DNA of 64,000 bases, taken from assembly GCA_964035545.1 (NCBI GenBank), contig OZ037769.1, forward strand, positions 13,422,633 through 13,486,632, in the 5' to 3' direction. Made by a program: the position numbers and the translations under genes. Shown here piece after piece: positions 22,501 through 33,200 of this stretch. The notes beneath the pieces were generated by a model. That model was given only the letters and a program-made list of their open reading frames with translations, made no database searches and had not been told where the DNA came from. Within the stretch, counting starts at the first letter, position 1, and the number at the start of each line of letters is the position of its first letter. Source of the DNA: Bugula neritina. Taxonomy: Eukaryota > Animalia > Bryozoa.

Positions 22501-25368
22501 GACCTTGCGGCCTCCGAGATCTCCGAGGTGCCTGCCATCCGGTTTCTTCTAGTTCCATCCGGGTATCGAGTGGCAGGGCAGGAGGATCGGGTAGGCCTTT
22601 CGGTCTCCGAGATCTCCGGTTTGCGTGCCACTCGATATGGGTCGACTCTGGAGAGGTCTCTTCTGTGGTCTTCCGAGTCCTATCCCGGACCGGATTGGCG
22701 TGGGGCCCACGGGTGGCGGAATTCACCGTGAGCCTCGGGTGTTTAAAGGCTTCTGTCCCTTAGGGCAGTGCCTTCTCACATGTCCTGGCATCCCGCACTC
22801 CCAGCAAGTGGGCATAGGGGGGCGGACAGGGTCGTCCCGCGAGCGGGGAGCTCGCCTGTCCGTCTGGTTGCGCTGCAACTCCGTCACTGTAGCCTGTAGG
22901 CCTTTCATCATGCTCATCAGCATGTTGAGCTGCGTCTGCTCAGGTGACGGGGTAGCTGCTGCTGCCACTTGTGGGGTTGGGGGTACCTCTTCTGCATCTC
23001 CGGCCACCTGGCGAGCTGCGTAGTTCGCCCTCCGTGGCTCTTCCACCTGGAAGTAGGCCTTCCCCATCTCTAGTGCTTCGTCCAGGCTCTTGACTTTTGC
23101 GGCTAGCCAGTACCGCTGGAGGTCCGGGTGGTTCACACTCCGGAAGAACGCGTTAAAAACGAGGCGCTTCCGATCGTCGCCAGTGGCGTGACCGAAAGCA
23201 GCCTGAGCCAGGCGCTCTACCTCGTTAGCGTGATCTTCCAGAGATGTCCTTCGGTCTCTCCTCATCACTTGTAGCTGGTCTGACGCCTCTTCCGTGGTCA
23301 ACCCGAACCGAGCCCTAAGAGCCCGCAGGATGTGGGCTTCGTCGGGTCCCAGTGCGAAGTTCCTGGCCCGGCCTGTCAGACAGGCCCGGAGTTGGAGGAC
23401 GCGCACCCGTACTGGCCATTCAGCGGTGGCGGCCACGTCCTCGAACTCCTTGATGAACTGTTCCACGTCTCCATCTCCTCCGAAAGTCGGGGGCTGGAGG
23501 CGATACCTGTCACCAGGTGCTGCCTGTCCTTGCCCCCGCAATCCCTGGAGGGCTGTGACCAGCGCCTCAATAGTGAGGGCTGGTGGTGCTGCTGCCTCAG
23601 GGGCTGGGTCCCCTGGGGCCATCCTATTTCTCTTAGCAACTAGCTATTCGTAGAATCCCACCGCTGCCACCAATGTGATAGTTTTGTGGATTGTGAATGA
23701 AACTAGTGCTGTTACATGCTTGTATGAGAAACAAGACGAGAAATAAGGTAAATGTAGATAATCTTTATTGTAGTATAGTCCGAGTGAATCAATGGTCTTT
23801 ATCCAGCGAGCTCCAGTAGTAGACTGAACTATACTGGAACTCGCTGGCTTTTATATACATGCAGGACAAAGACATTCCTTTGTTTGCCGATATCGGAGGC
23901 CCGAAATACCGAATATCGGTACCTCGGGAATCCGAAATGCCGAATCCGGCATTTCGGTACTTCGGTATTCCGATATGCCGAGAATCGGCATATCGGTGTT
24001 TCGGAGGACCGAAGTACCGATCTCGGCAACAAAGGACACACACACACAACATAAATTTACCACAATAGCTTATAACTGTTGTTTTTCACTCACCTCTATA
24101 GGTGATATTAAACCTATCGGCAATCCTCATGTAGTCCGAATAAAAGTGCACATCTTGTGAAGTTTTTATTCCCAAGTAAACATATGTATTGTTCTGTGGG
24201 GCCGGGTCACAAATCCTGGAATCTGAACCATCTACCTTTATATACGAAATCCCAGTTTCACAGTTTGAAAATCTGTTTACACAGTCATAGAAGGATTGGC
24301 AAGACAGAGTAAATGTTTCCATTTTGAGTTCGAGCCAGGAATATTCCGGAATACCAACAAGTGTCAGCGTGCAGTTGACTTTACGTGCTGACTGAATTTG
24401 TGGACTGATTATGCTACCTTCAGTACCAGCTTCAATCACCTGTGGTGATGTGTCACACATTGTATACGAAGCACCTGAAATCAAACATCGTGTGGGAGTC
24501 TTAATAAGACAAAGAAAGATTAGAAATATCAAAGGCATCTATATGATACAACTGACAAATAAAAAGTATACATTATAAACTATGTCAGTCATTTTACTAT
24601 ATTACGGTACAGCAGAGACAGAGAAGCTTTAATTGCTTGAGTCGTTTAATTAACTCTATAAATTTTGATTTTGGAGATCAGATTGAACTTCTATGGAAAA
24701 CATAACTTCTTTTAGCTATTTCTACCATCCAAAACATAGGCTTTTAACTGTAATTTCTTAGACACGTTTAATACCAAATATGTACTTCAAGACTAAAATT
24801 TTCACCATATGCATCTAACTCAAAGGGTTACATGTTTTCTTATGTAGAAGTAACTTGCAATGTCAAAACTTGTTTTTGAAAACACATAAATTAAATGCCT
24901 GCATGACCAAAGAGAAAAGAATTGCAACTTCTTATTAAATCTTTTAAGAACCACACTTTTCTTTTATGCATACATTTAAATTAAAAACACAATAGACCAG
25001 AGGCATGCAGACATTTATAAAACTTTTACCTCCACTGAAATTTGAACACGGAGACCTCTGGCTTTCAAGCAGGTACCCTACCTGTGCGCCACAGGGGCAG
25101 CTGGGTAAACTCAACATCACTACACAATCTTGTAGCAGAAAAGTTTCTCTGGTTCTACATGCAGTTGCTTTAAAACTGAGTTATAGAATAGCAAAAAATA
25201 CCAATATAGTATATTTATGAGTATGTAATAAAACTAATATATCACTTGCCCTACAAAATGCAGCTAACTTGTAAAAATATTATACATACCATCAGCACTG
25301 CACTTCATTATACCCAAGAAGAAGGTGAAGAAGATAATAATCCTGTATGTGTTTTTGTATTCAGTCAT
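7514..25368 (-). CDS. CUB-domain type-I membrane receptor paralog C (SP-CUB-CUB-CUB-mucin-TM-ITIM tail), ~651 aa
   Basis: Phase-consistent GT-AG exons: 25368-25290 (SP), 24474-24094 (CUB1), 15250-14873 (CUB2a), 14554-14174 (CUB2b), 13778-13671 (Thr/Ser stalk), 11304-11184 (TM GLIVGISLLVVVVVVAAVIIY-LRRKK), 10375-10335, 9889-9716 (SEYCTM, VEYCTI), 7806-7514 (LYDRV, IYENP, VYENN, stop). Total 1956 nt, no internal stop. Confidence 0.85.
7890..8228. mobile_element. hAT-type MITE shared by paralogs C and B (B copy 30554-30839)
   Basis: CAGGG...CCCTG termini. The B copy is flanked by GTCTATAT / GTCTCTAT (8-bp TSD, 1 mismatch). Confidence 0.6.
8245..9564. mobile_element. Non-autonomous TIR DNA transposon (TA-flanked, Tc1/pogo-like) in the last intron of gene C
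   Basis: ~30-bp TIRs TAGGGGTAACG(A/G)GG..GCACAACGG / CCGTTGTGCCTCCCCCCTCCCCGTTACCCCTA; internal CCCATTGTGCCCC repeats. Absent from paralog B (~30850). Confidence 0.75.
10823..11155. repeat. (TACA)n and degenerate ATATTACAT minisatellite in the intron after the TM exon (expanded copy 32175-32635 in gene B)
   Basis: Direct reading of low-complexity tandem units. Confidence 0.8.
12755..13203. mobile_element. Longer, older copy of the Harbinger-type MITE
   Basis: Starts GTGTAGGGCCACACG after TTA and ends GTGTGACCCTACGC before TTA; both ends similar to 7356-7490. Confidence 0.7.
16074..16464 (-). repeat. 3' LTR of E1
   Basis: Direct repeat of 23674-24064. Minus-strand TATATAAAA (16249-16257) and AATAAA (16164-16169). 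PPT GATGGGGGGTGTG abuts at 16465-16477. Confidence 0.97.
16762..18231 (-). CDS. E1 ORF3: C2H2-type zinc-finger / coiled-coil accessory protein (~489 aa from first ATG; frame stays open further upstream)
   Basis: CHECKRKFSSARRLRVHAQQH and CPCGEFSYQRDYVLRHQRIAHC; acidic N-terminal half; C-terminal heptads LAEEVHQLRRQLRRCEEELGQLRRRVSRLE. Homologs in E2 and E3. Confidence 0.85.
   Translation of the reverse strand: MADRISGDTRSHELSSRNPGEIPTSHATRASAGKTSEARGSAISHSDFTQLARQLQLKLNSDFNTHFDFTTVLRTLSAAMGITLPDTQSGISSRLDPPVAESSQTTVDWSLLDLLGSDILEPEAEMDLGDDSAIDTLLNHDVGSVNFCDTPRPSVLNLSPYTPVPNFGDSETGFSQPLLSILEERMDVEEASRSDSPLPPGLASASTSQQAATSSTEVCSAMVGPDPKPVELQLTAGEEQGILHGDHLPAEEDTSPILALPRALVARQYWVTGPTNLKIGDACGEPGNRICHECKRKFSSARRLRVHAQQHYINVFCPCGEFSYQRDYVLRHQRIAHCHTGYTFAVDQASFPEFRDLVLPHVADPHKRAALALGFPACRPVREEEGEPAATPQPAATQPLRVMLARVGPGARADSSDLGPRPSAAGEKQTHRQRRPARGTTDRPRHQTSAQLAEEVHQLRRQLRRCEEELGQLRRRVSRLERGRSGDRR
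18296..22747 (-). pseudogene. pol: E1 pol (protease, RT, RNase H, integrase), entered by -1 frameshift; premature stop in integrase core
   Basis: LLDTG protease; LDLLSGYWQV and YLDD RT; TDASD..YYSK..TDH RNase H; H..H..C..C integrase zinc finger; GNGVVERNN; GPY motif. HTD-TAG-GAQF at 19316-19318 where E3 reads HSDQGAQF. Confidence 0.93.
22700..22747 (-). promoter_or_regulatory. -1 programmed ribosomal frameshift signal, E1 gag-pol
   Basis: In-phase slippery heptamer U UUA AAC (22741-22747), 6-nt spacer, 9-bp stem GGCUCACGG/CCGUGGGCC. The -1 frame reads directly into pol (..RLTVNSATRG). Confidence 0.85.
22723..23622 (-). CDS. gag: E1 Gag with CCHC zinc knuckle
   Basis: PPTFGGDGDVEQFIKEFE capsid-like start; CWECGMPGHVRRHC knuckle; ATG 33 nt after the PBS. 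Confidence 0.93.
   Translation of the reverse strand: MAPGDPAPEAAAPPALTIEALVTALQGLRGQGQAAPGDRYRLQPPTFGGDGDVEQFIKEFEDVAATAEWPVRVRVLQLRACLTGRARNFALGPDEAHILRALRARFGLTTEEASDQLQVMRRDRRTSLEDHANEVERLAQAAFGHATGDDRKRLVFNAFFRSVNHPDLQRYWLAAKVKSLDEALEMGKAYFQVEEPRRANYAARQVAGDAEEVPPTPQVAAAATPSPEQTQLNMLMSMMKGLQATVTELQRNQTDRRAPRSRDDPVRPPMPTCWECGMPGHVRRHCPKGQKPLNTRGSR
23655..23672 (-). other. Primer-binding site of E1 (tRNA-Leu)
   Basis: TGGTGGCAGCGGTGGGAT, 1 nt from the 5' LTR, complementary to the tRNA-Leu 3' end ATCCCACCGCTGCCACCA. Identical in E2. Confidence 0.9.
23674..24064 (-). repeat. 5' LTR of E1
   Basis: Direct repeat of 16074-16464; adjacent to the PBS. Confidence 0.97.
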
Positions 25369-28300
25369 TGTGCTATTTTGAAAATACCCTAAAACACAAA
25401 ATTATGCAAATCAACTACTTTGATACACAGAGCTGTATCAGAATATCTACGGTAAATGATCAACAGTAGGCCTTAATAAGGAGAAGAGAGGAGGGGGGAG
25501 GGGCTTGGCAACCATTAAGAGTAGTAAAAATCTTACTTCCGCAAAACTGAAAGTGCGGCTTTTTTGTCATTCCTATTCTAGTTTATTTATGTAACGAATT
25601 AAGCAATCTCTCAATCAATAATTCCTAAATGTTGAAATGCTTTTACAGCTATTGTGCTGCGATGGCCACATTCTGACAATAGAATTTTCATTTTGATTTG
25701 AGTTTTCACAGAAAGCCTGCATCATTAACTTGTGAACCAAAAGCCTAAAATTGTGTTATTTATGTAAAGTTCGTAATACAAAATTTACATAATATTCTAG
25801 CAAAATAATGAAACCTTAAGCGTATAGCATGATAGAATAAAATTTGTCCCACCTTTGACTCCTTGCGCTTCTTTTATTCAACACAGAAGAGTAAATGTAG
25901 CTTCTTATTTTAAGTTTTGCTACATCAGTTCCTCTTAGGGTAAGTGTCTAACTAGGTACATATGTTATCCGGCAGCAATAATTAGGCAGCATAGCTTAGT
26001 TTCTCAACTTCCTCCTTGCTCACAAAAAAATTGTGGGATGTATTTGCATCAGTCTGAATTATAATAGAAATTTAAAATGGAATTTCGAAATTGGATAGAA
26101 TTACTCCTTAACATATTATTAACTGATAGCTTCTTTGTCTAAACTCATGTGAGTTTATAGTCACCATCCTTGTGTGGTGCTCTAATGAACAGGACTTTTT
26201 AGTGAGCTAAAGAACTTGGCTAAAGAGTAATTATCATTAAATGTTTTTGCTAACAGCACCAATGGCTTTACTGGGGATTGAACCACTGACCTTGTGTTTA
26301 CTATAAGCCAGTGTTCCAACTCCCAGACCAACTGCTCCACTATAGCTTCAAACAATAGAATTATGTTATAAGTAAGACAACTAAAAAACTGTTGGAAACT
26401 CCAAAGGTAAATAGATTTCTATGTTAATAATATGTAATACTTTACTTTGTACAGAATGCTTATTGCTGGCTTTGCCTCATTCATTTTGAAATATGTTGTA
26501 GTTTGTCGAAAGGAAATAATTTAATTGCACAAAGTGTAATATCATGTGTCCCATAACAGTGCATCTTATTTTCAACCCCCATAATACATTATAGTTCAAT
26601 AGCAAATCAATGCGCAGCCTGTAAAAAACAGCTAGTTTCATGATTTCAATGCACTTAAAGAAAGACAACTTCTAATAACACTAAAATAATATGATCAGTA
26701 CAACAATTGCCTCCAACAATTAAAAACTGATGTCGCATTTTAAAAAAATTGAATAATTAATTTTTTTTTCTGGAAACGTAAATCAGATATTTTCTGAAAA
26801 CTTAAAGTATAAAAAACTTGAAACAATTAATTGAAGTGGGCATTTTTAATAGTTTTGTTATTCAGTGTTGACACTGTGTTGCAAAATACATAATATATTT
26901 ATATGCTGAAAATACATGGGAATAAATCTTGAACAAGCCAATTAATTTAGCAGTAGGAGTTATTTTTTCTTGTTATCAGACTGTGTTAATAAAATTGTCA
27001 TGGATTCATACCAGTAACTGAAAGCAAACATAAACACTAAATGATTACCAACAGATTAATTTATTTATTTTCAGTATACAAAATTCAAAATTAGATTGCA
27101 ACATTGAGGTAGATAATTAAAATATTGAAACTTTTAAGTAAATTAAATTTGAAATAGCAAAGATTTAAATGAAGCAAAATACAGCAAGCATATGAGATTT
27201 AAAAACAAAATAAAAATTTAAACAAATAACTAAAATATAGAACAAGAATGACTAAGTAAAATAGAAAAATATTATGGAGATTACATTTGAATGACTATTT
27301 TTTTAAATGTGTATTCTGATTAAATGAAGAATAAACTTGTTAAAATCAGTTTGCTATTATTGTTATCCAAGTTGGCCATATGTACACACACAGACACCGA
27401 TTTTCGTACTATAAATGCTTACTTATTTCCTAATTTCGCTTTCATTAAAAGCTGAATATCCTGCTACAGATGTGAAACGAAAAAGCTATGTCAGCATTTC
27501 CGAGGAATTTTGGTACGTCTGCAAACAGGAAGTCAGTAAGGTAGCTGCTAGGAGGAAACTTACTGCTAGCGTCACATCTTGCTATGTCAACATTTCCGAG
27601 GAATCCAAAGGCAGCTAAAAGCCACCAGACTACCCTCTCAATTGGATTTCTTCTGGAGTTCTTCATTTCCAAGTTATGTAATCTGACCTAAGAGTGAAAA
27701 ACCAGTAAATTCTTTTAATTCTCTCAACTTTTAGATTAAATTATATGACAAAATTTAGTATTAGCATATGTTTCAGATGCTTAAACTTAATAAAAGACAC
27801 AATATGTGATTCCACAAAAATGTGGTTTGATGAATCCAAGAATCATGATCGGGGAAAAGTCATAACAAATGAATAACGGTTAATAAGTTCTAGTGCGGAT
27901 GTAATAATATTTTTAGATAAACTAACCAACTTAGACTAAAGAGCTGGGGAAATTGCAAACTTGCAGAAATTTATATTAAAAATACTTGTGCTATAGGTAA
28001 AAAGTTCTACAAAGATACAATTAATTCTAAATTTGTGATCTAACTGCTATTTTAATTATAGTCTAAAACTTAAATTATTGCAATAGAGAAGCTTTGAATG
28101 ATAAGTACACGTGTTATTCATACACAAATGTGTAGCTGAAAAGTTTGAGAAGTTTGTTAAGGGAGATTAAGGAACAGATACAAGTGCATGGTCACATAAT
28201 TCCCAACAAGTTCAATATAAAGTGTTGACTGCTACGTTAGCAATACCATAATAAAATATTATACAAGAATATTAAAATTGTAATGCCTTTGTCTCAATGG

Positions 28301-28549
28301 AGAAACACCTTTGTAAATATGAAAGTTTGAGCAATCCTAATATCCCTAACAAATATGCATTGTTTTCCATTCACAAAAGCTGTATCATAATGATTTCAAC
28401 ATATGCAGTTCCTGGTTGAAGAGTGTTCTAGTAGTGTATAGTTTTAAATAAGAAAGTCTTACATTATAACTCCAATGTAAGAACCACTCTGTCATTATTG
28501 TACACACGGGTAACACACCATTTACTTCTATTATAGCTACAAAAAAACT

Positions 28550-28757
28550 TAAGCCAGTTTATAGTCACTATCCCTGTGAGAACCCCTGATAGAAAGGGCT
28601 TTTGTTAAATCGGGCTAAGGACTTATTCAGATGGGGCGCAGGAGCAATTGCGACTGGAGCCTCTTCCTAACATCACCAATGGCCTTTGTCAGGCTTGAAC
28701 CCAGGACTTCATGTTTACTAAGCAACCGCTCTAGCCCCTAGACCACTGCTACTCCCT
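28550..28757 (-). mobile_element. tRNA-derived SINE (duplicate of 5690-5895)
   Basis: Same A/B boxes and core, inside the duplicated block. Confidence 0.65.
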
Positions 28758-29508
28758 TATTACCTATATACGACTGATATTAAATCAGATTTCTTGTTGT
28801 TCATTACTATAATTGCATTGAACGCAATCAAAAAGTGTCACTTTTATTTGACACTTGAGAGTTTGCATTATTGTGAATTATAGGCAAATTTGATTTATTT
28901 CATGCATTGTTTATTACATAAATGGGTATAGAAATATTTAAGATAACAACACATACAAAAAAGTTTATAACATCATTAAACTCAGGTGGTAAAATCATGA
29001 TTCAAAGTTATTAAAAATACACAAATTTGGCGACAGTCTGTTATAAATGTGTTTGCGTTTAAAATAAATTTGTATTTTTTAGACTGAACCCAAGAAACAA
29101 ACTCCATAAATAGGTGAATGCCCAATTATTTAAAAACAATTATAATATTCATATATTAGCTTATAGTGAGCTGTTGGTTATATAGCAACTAATAAAACAG
29201 TGACATCTCAATCAATTATCATATTGTTGACTATAATATAATGATACAGAAATATAATAATTTAGTAATATTAATTTGCAATAAAAAAAGTAATGACAAA
29301 TATATGAAACGATGGTTAGCTTTTTTAAAAGCAAAAACAGTATTATGACATCAAAATTCAGCAGGTACTTGTTGCTGTATTTTTGATGCACAAATATTTG
29401 AATATAAATTATTAGAAAATGTGGTGCAGTTGGTAGACTATAACATGCTTCTTACTTTTGAGGATGTGTGTATATAGTTAGAACTTCAGCTAAGTTATCG
29501 AGATAGTT

Positions 29509-29637
29509 CTATAAGCAGCTCCGAGTTGGAGGTGACTGAGTGCAGTAGTTTGGAGTTCTCAAGTTTAGAGTTGAGTCCCAAACATGAGAACTCCAAACTA
29601 CTGCACTCAGTCACCTCCAACTCAAAGCTGCTTATAG
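29509..29637. mobile_element. Fold-back MITE copy
   Basis: Same inverted repeats as 6652-6762, with a longer spacer. Confidence 0.75.
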
Positions 29638-30243
29638 AGCAACGCAACACAGACACCTTCGGAAACTTTCGAATTCTATTTTGCTGTTTAGATCAGCACC
29701 TAAAATACAAAGGCTGCGTTTAGAGAATTCTACTAACTTGCACACAGACACCTGTAGTGTTGAGATTACCCCGTGGTATAATGGTTAGCGTGTCTGCTTG
29801 CAATCCGGAGGTCCCGAGTTCGAATCCCAGTGGGGGCAAATATTTTATAACTCTCCTAAGCAACTGCATGGATACCAACAAGAATGTATAAAAGTATCAC
29901 ATTCTTACTGGGTATTTGCATCTATCTAATTAATGATGAACATGCACTTAGAAATTTGAAAATAAAATTTGCATATTGAAGATAAAAAAATAGAATAACT
30001 TAGCTAAAGTATTTTTATTTTGTAAGCTACTTTCATTCATGACTGTCCAAACATAGTTTTAGTTGCAGCAGCAGCTCTAACCCTAAGTGAGTGATGATTT
30101 ATATTATATTATATTATATATTGTTTATATTATATTAAATATTATTGTATTATATGTGATGTAAAGTTGCTTATACCCATACTAGTTATAGTAAAGTTTT
30201 AATTGAGAAACATAAATCTATTAATAATAACTCCCCTACCGTT

Positions 30244-33200
30244 TTAGTCATTTTTTTTCAACATGGCCTCATTATTTTCATACGCGGTTTCCGGCACGTA
30301 ATACATATCTTTGTCATCATCTGAAGCAGGTTTGTTGCTGACTGGAATCTCATATACTTCGGAAACCGGTCTATTACTCTCTGAGTGGTCATACATGTTG
30401 AAACCTGATGGGTGTGGTACTCTGTTATAGCCAGGGTTGGATACTTCAGTCTCATAACATATCTCACTGTCTGGTAAGAAAAATCATGAACTTTTAGCTA
30501 TAGTCTGCTATAATTGGCTGTTTTAGTTGTATATACAAACTGATTGTCTATATCAGGGAGTTATGCAACCGAGAGCCAATTTGTAAAATTTAGCTTGGAC
30601 TGGGGCCACAACATCAGTGTTTTCAAATTACTTTATTCTAAATTCCCATGAATCATTATACAATGAAGGCTGCATGTTGTGTAGCATGTATATAAATAAA
30701 GCATATGAAATATTATTTTCCGCTCTAATTTATATAAGTGAGAAAAATTATTTTTTATTTTTTATACTTTGATTGAGGGCTACATAAATTTATGCTGGGG
30801 GCGGCATCCGACCCTGGGGTCGCCTGTTGGACACCCCTGGTCTCTATAATAATAACTATTTTTATTTATATAATTTTTAGCAGTTTACTTTATTTAATGA
30901 GTTGTGTAAACTTTATGCTTTATTGTGTTTTATTACAATAGCTAGTATACACAATACCACTAAGGCAGTCTTCATCGTTGATAGTACAGTACTCAACTTC
31001 TTCAGAGGTGGCGCCATCTGTGCTGGCATGGTGGAGTTTGTCCTCAAATTTAAGATTGCCTCCTGCTGTCATTGCGCAATACCCACCGCTTTTTCCTTCC
31101 TTTGTTTTTGCATAGAATACATTATCATCTAGAAAAGAGTTATTATTGGATTAAGTTGTGATTTATTCAAATAAGACAGTAAAAAGAAACAAGAAGCTGG
31201 CATTATAAGTTGAGCCCCATAGGAAGTTGGTGGGCGTGGCTTATAGGAGAAGTAAAATAAACCAGCTATAAATTAGAATTTATTTATAAAGCAAAATTCA
31301 ATTTTAAAATTACAACGTTAAAACTGGAAAAATATCTAAAATTTATTATTCACAATATTGGTATGGTAAGTAAAGTTGGAAGCTTATACTAGATAAAGTA
31401 AAAAAGCATAATATTTGTGATTACAAAAATGTATGAAACAAATTGAAGGCTTAACTGAAGCATATTTTGTGGCAGCTGCAACAGAACGTAAATTTCTTTT
31501 TTGCTTAACCTACAAGCTTTTAAATTTTAATTGCATTCTTAAATGTAGAGTTACCATGTAAATTATCTATAGGGCAGACAACTTAATTCATAATAGCCAC
31601 ATACATAGTTGAAACTATAAATTTATATTCTATTATAGTCAGTTTCGTAAAAGGTATACCTGGGTTGGATGATTCATTTGCCTGAGTGTTTGACCTACAA
31701 AGTTATTAAAGATCTTCAAATGATTAAAATACAAATGAATAAAATTAGGTCAAATAGTTGCAGTGTGTTACTCATGTTAAGTCAATGCCTAATAAAGTTA
31801 ATTCAAGTTACGTGGTCAAATCAAACAAAATTTTGAGTGAAGCACAAATCAAGCCAGTATCATAAATTTGAGTCAAATCAATTCAAGTTGACTAAAATAT
31901 GCATTAACTATAAATTAGTAAATATTGCTTTATTAAAAAGTTGCATAACATTTTGAATAGTTGCACAACTTAGAATTTGAATAAAAATGAATTTTCATCT
32001 TCAAGTATGTTTGTTTTAAACTTATTATTCAATGATAGTGAAATACAATCTCATGACACTAGCCAATGAATTTCTCTAACAGAATTAGGATTATAATGTG
32101 TTTGTTTAAATAATTTTGACTAAAAAAATTGAAATCCTGTTAAAATTGTTTAACTAATGAAAATTGCATATTGTAAACATACATATATACATACATACAT
32201 ACATATTTAGTACTGCATATAGTGTATATTTACATGTATATTACTTACCTCTTATATACGTACACAATTCACAATAACTATTTATATTATATTAATAATG
32301 CATAGTAAATACAAATTACATGCGCATTGCTTCATAATAAAACATATTATATACATATTACTGCATACATTATACATATATTATTACATTCATATTATAT
32401 ACACGTTACATATTATACATAATACAGCATATATCACATACATAATACAGCACATTACATACATATTACTGCAGATATTACAAACATATTACATGTATAT
32501 TACATATATATTACATGTATATTACATCTATATTACATCTATATTACATATATATTATATACATATTGCATATATATTACATATATATTATATACATATT
32601 GCATATATATTACATATATATTACATACATATTATTGTTGCACAGTTTATTTAATTCACTCAACTCACATTTTCTTCCTTCTCAGATAAAAGATAACAAC
32701 AGCTATGATCACCACCGCCACTACCACCAATAATGAAGTGCTAATTATAACACTTGCTTCCAGGCGCGTCAGTCTTGCAGCAAGTGGATTACCTTCTGAA
32801 AAAGTTGTAAAAATGATACGACAGTGATATATCACCATCAGCCTAATATTTTCATGTTGTTCAGAACATAATATTAAGTTAATTTCTAGTATATATATAG
32901 CAAACATGTATATATAACAGTATATTGCTAAATATAGGCCTATAGCAATTACTGCTAAATATGCAGCAGCATTACTAGCACCAAGAGATTTTAGTTGGTA
33001 GACAATTTTTTAGATGATTCACTATTAAAGTTGACACATAAAACAGCATTTAAAAACTTTTCGATGATGTTTAAAATTTCACCACTTTCTTCAATTTGAA
33101 AATGTGTTTTAAAAAAAATACTATTTTTATTAGTCATAAACAATGTAATATCTGTATTCAAACAAAATATGATATTTTTTTAAGCAAGTGCTAAAACTAA

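Larger units (their letters stand above)
16074..24064 (-). mobile_element. Full-length Ty3/Gypsy LTR retrotransposon E1 (gag, pol, extra zinc-finger ORF) in intron 2 of gene C
   Basis: 391-bp LTRs TG...CA (16074-16464, 23674-24064; 2 mismatches seen); 4-bp TSD ATAG (16070-16073, 24065-24068); tRNA-Leu PBS; PPT; domain order PR-RT-RH-IN. Confidence 0.97.

Noticed and set aside
17024-23653. Numerous plus-strand and alternate-frame ORFs inside E1 (likewise in E2 and E3)
   Set aside because: Expected shadows of GC-rich coding sequence; no recognisable motifs.
27460-28110. Segment without a paralogous counterpart, with faint LINE-endonuclease-like residues and a duplicated 24-mer
   Set aside because: Too degenerate to assign by eye; needs tBLASTx or RepeatMasker.
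32298-32733. His/Tyr/Ile-rich ORFs (also 10980-11204 and 44490-44750)
   Set aside because: Translations of intronic AT-rich minisatellites.
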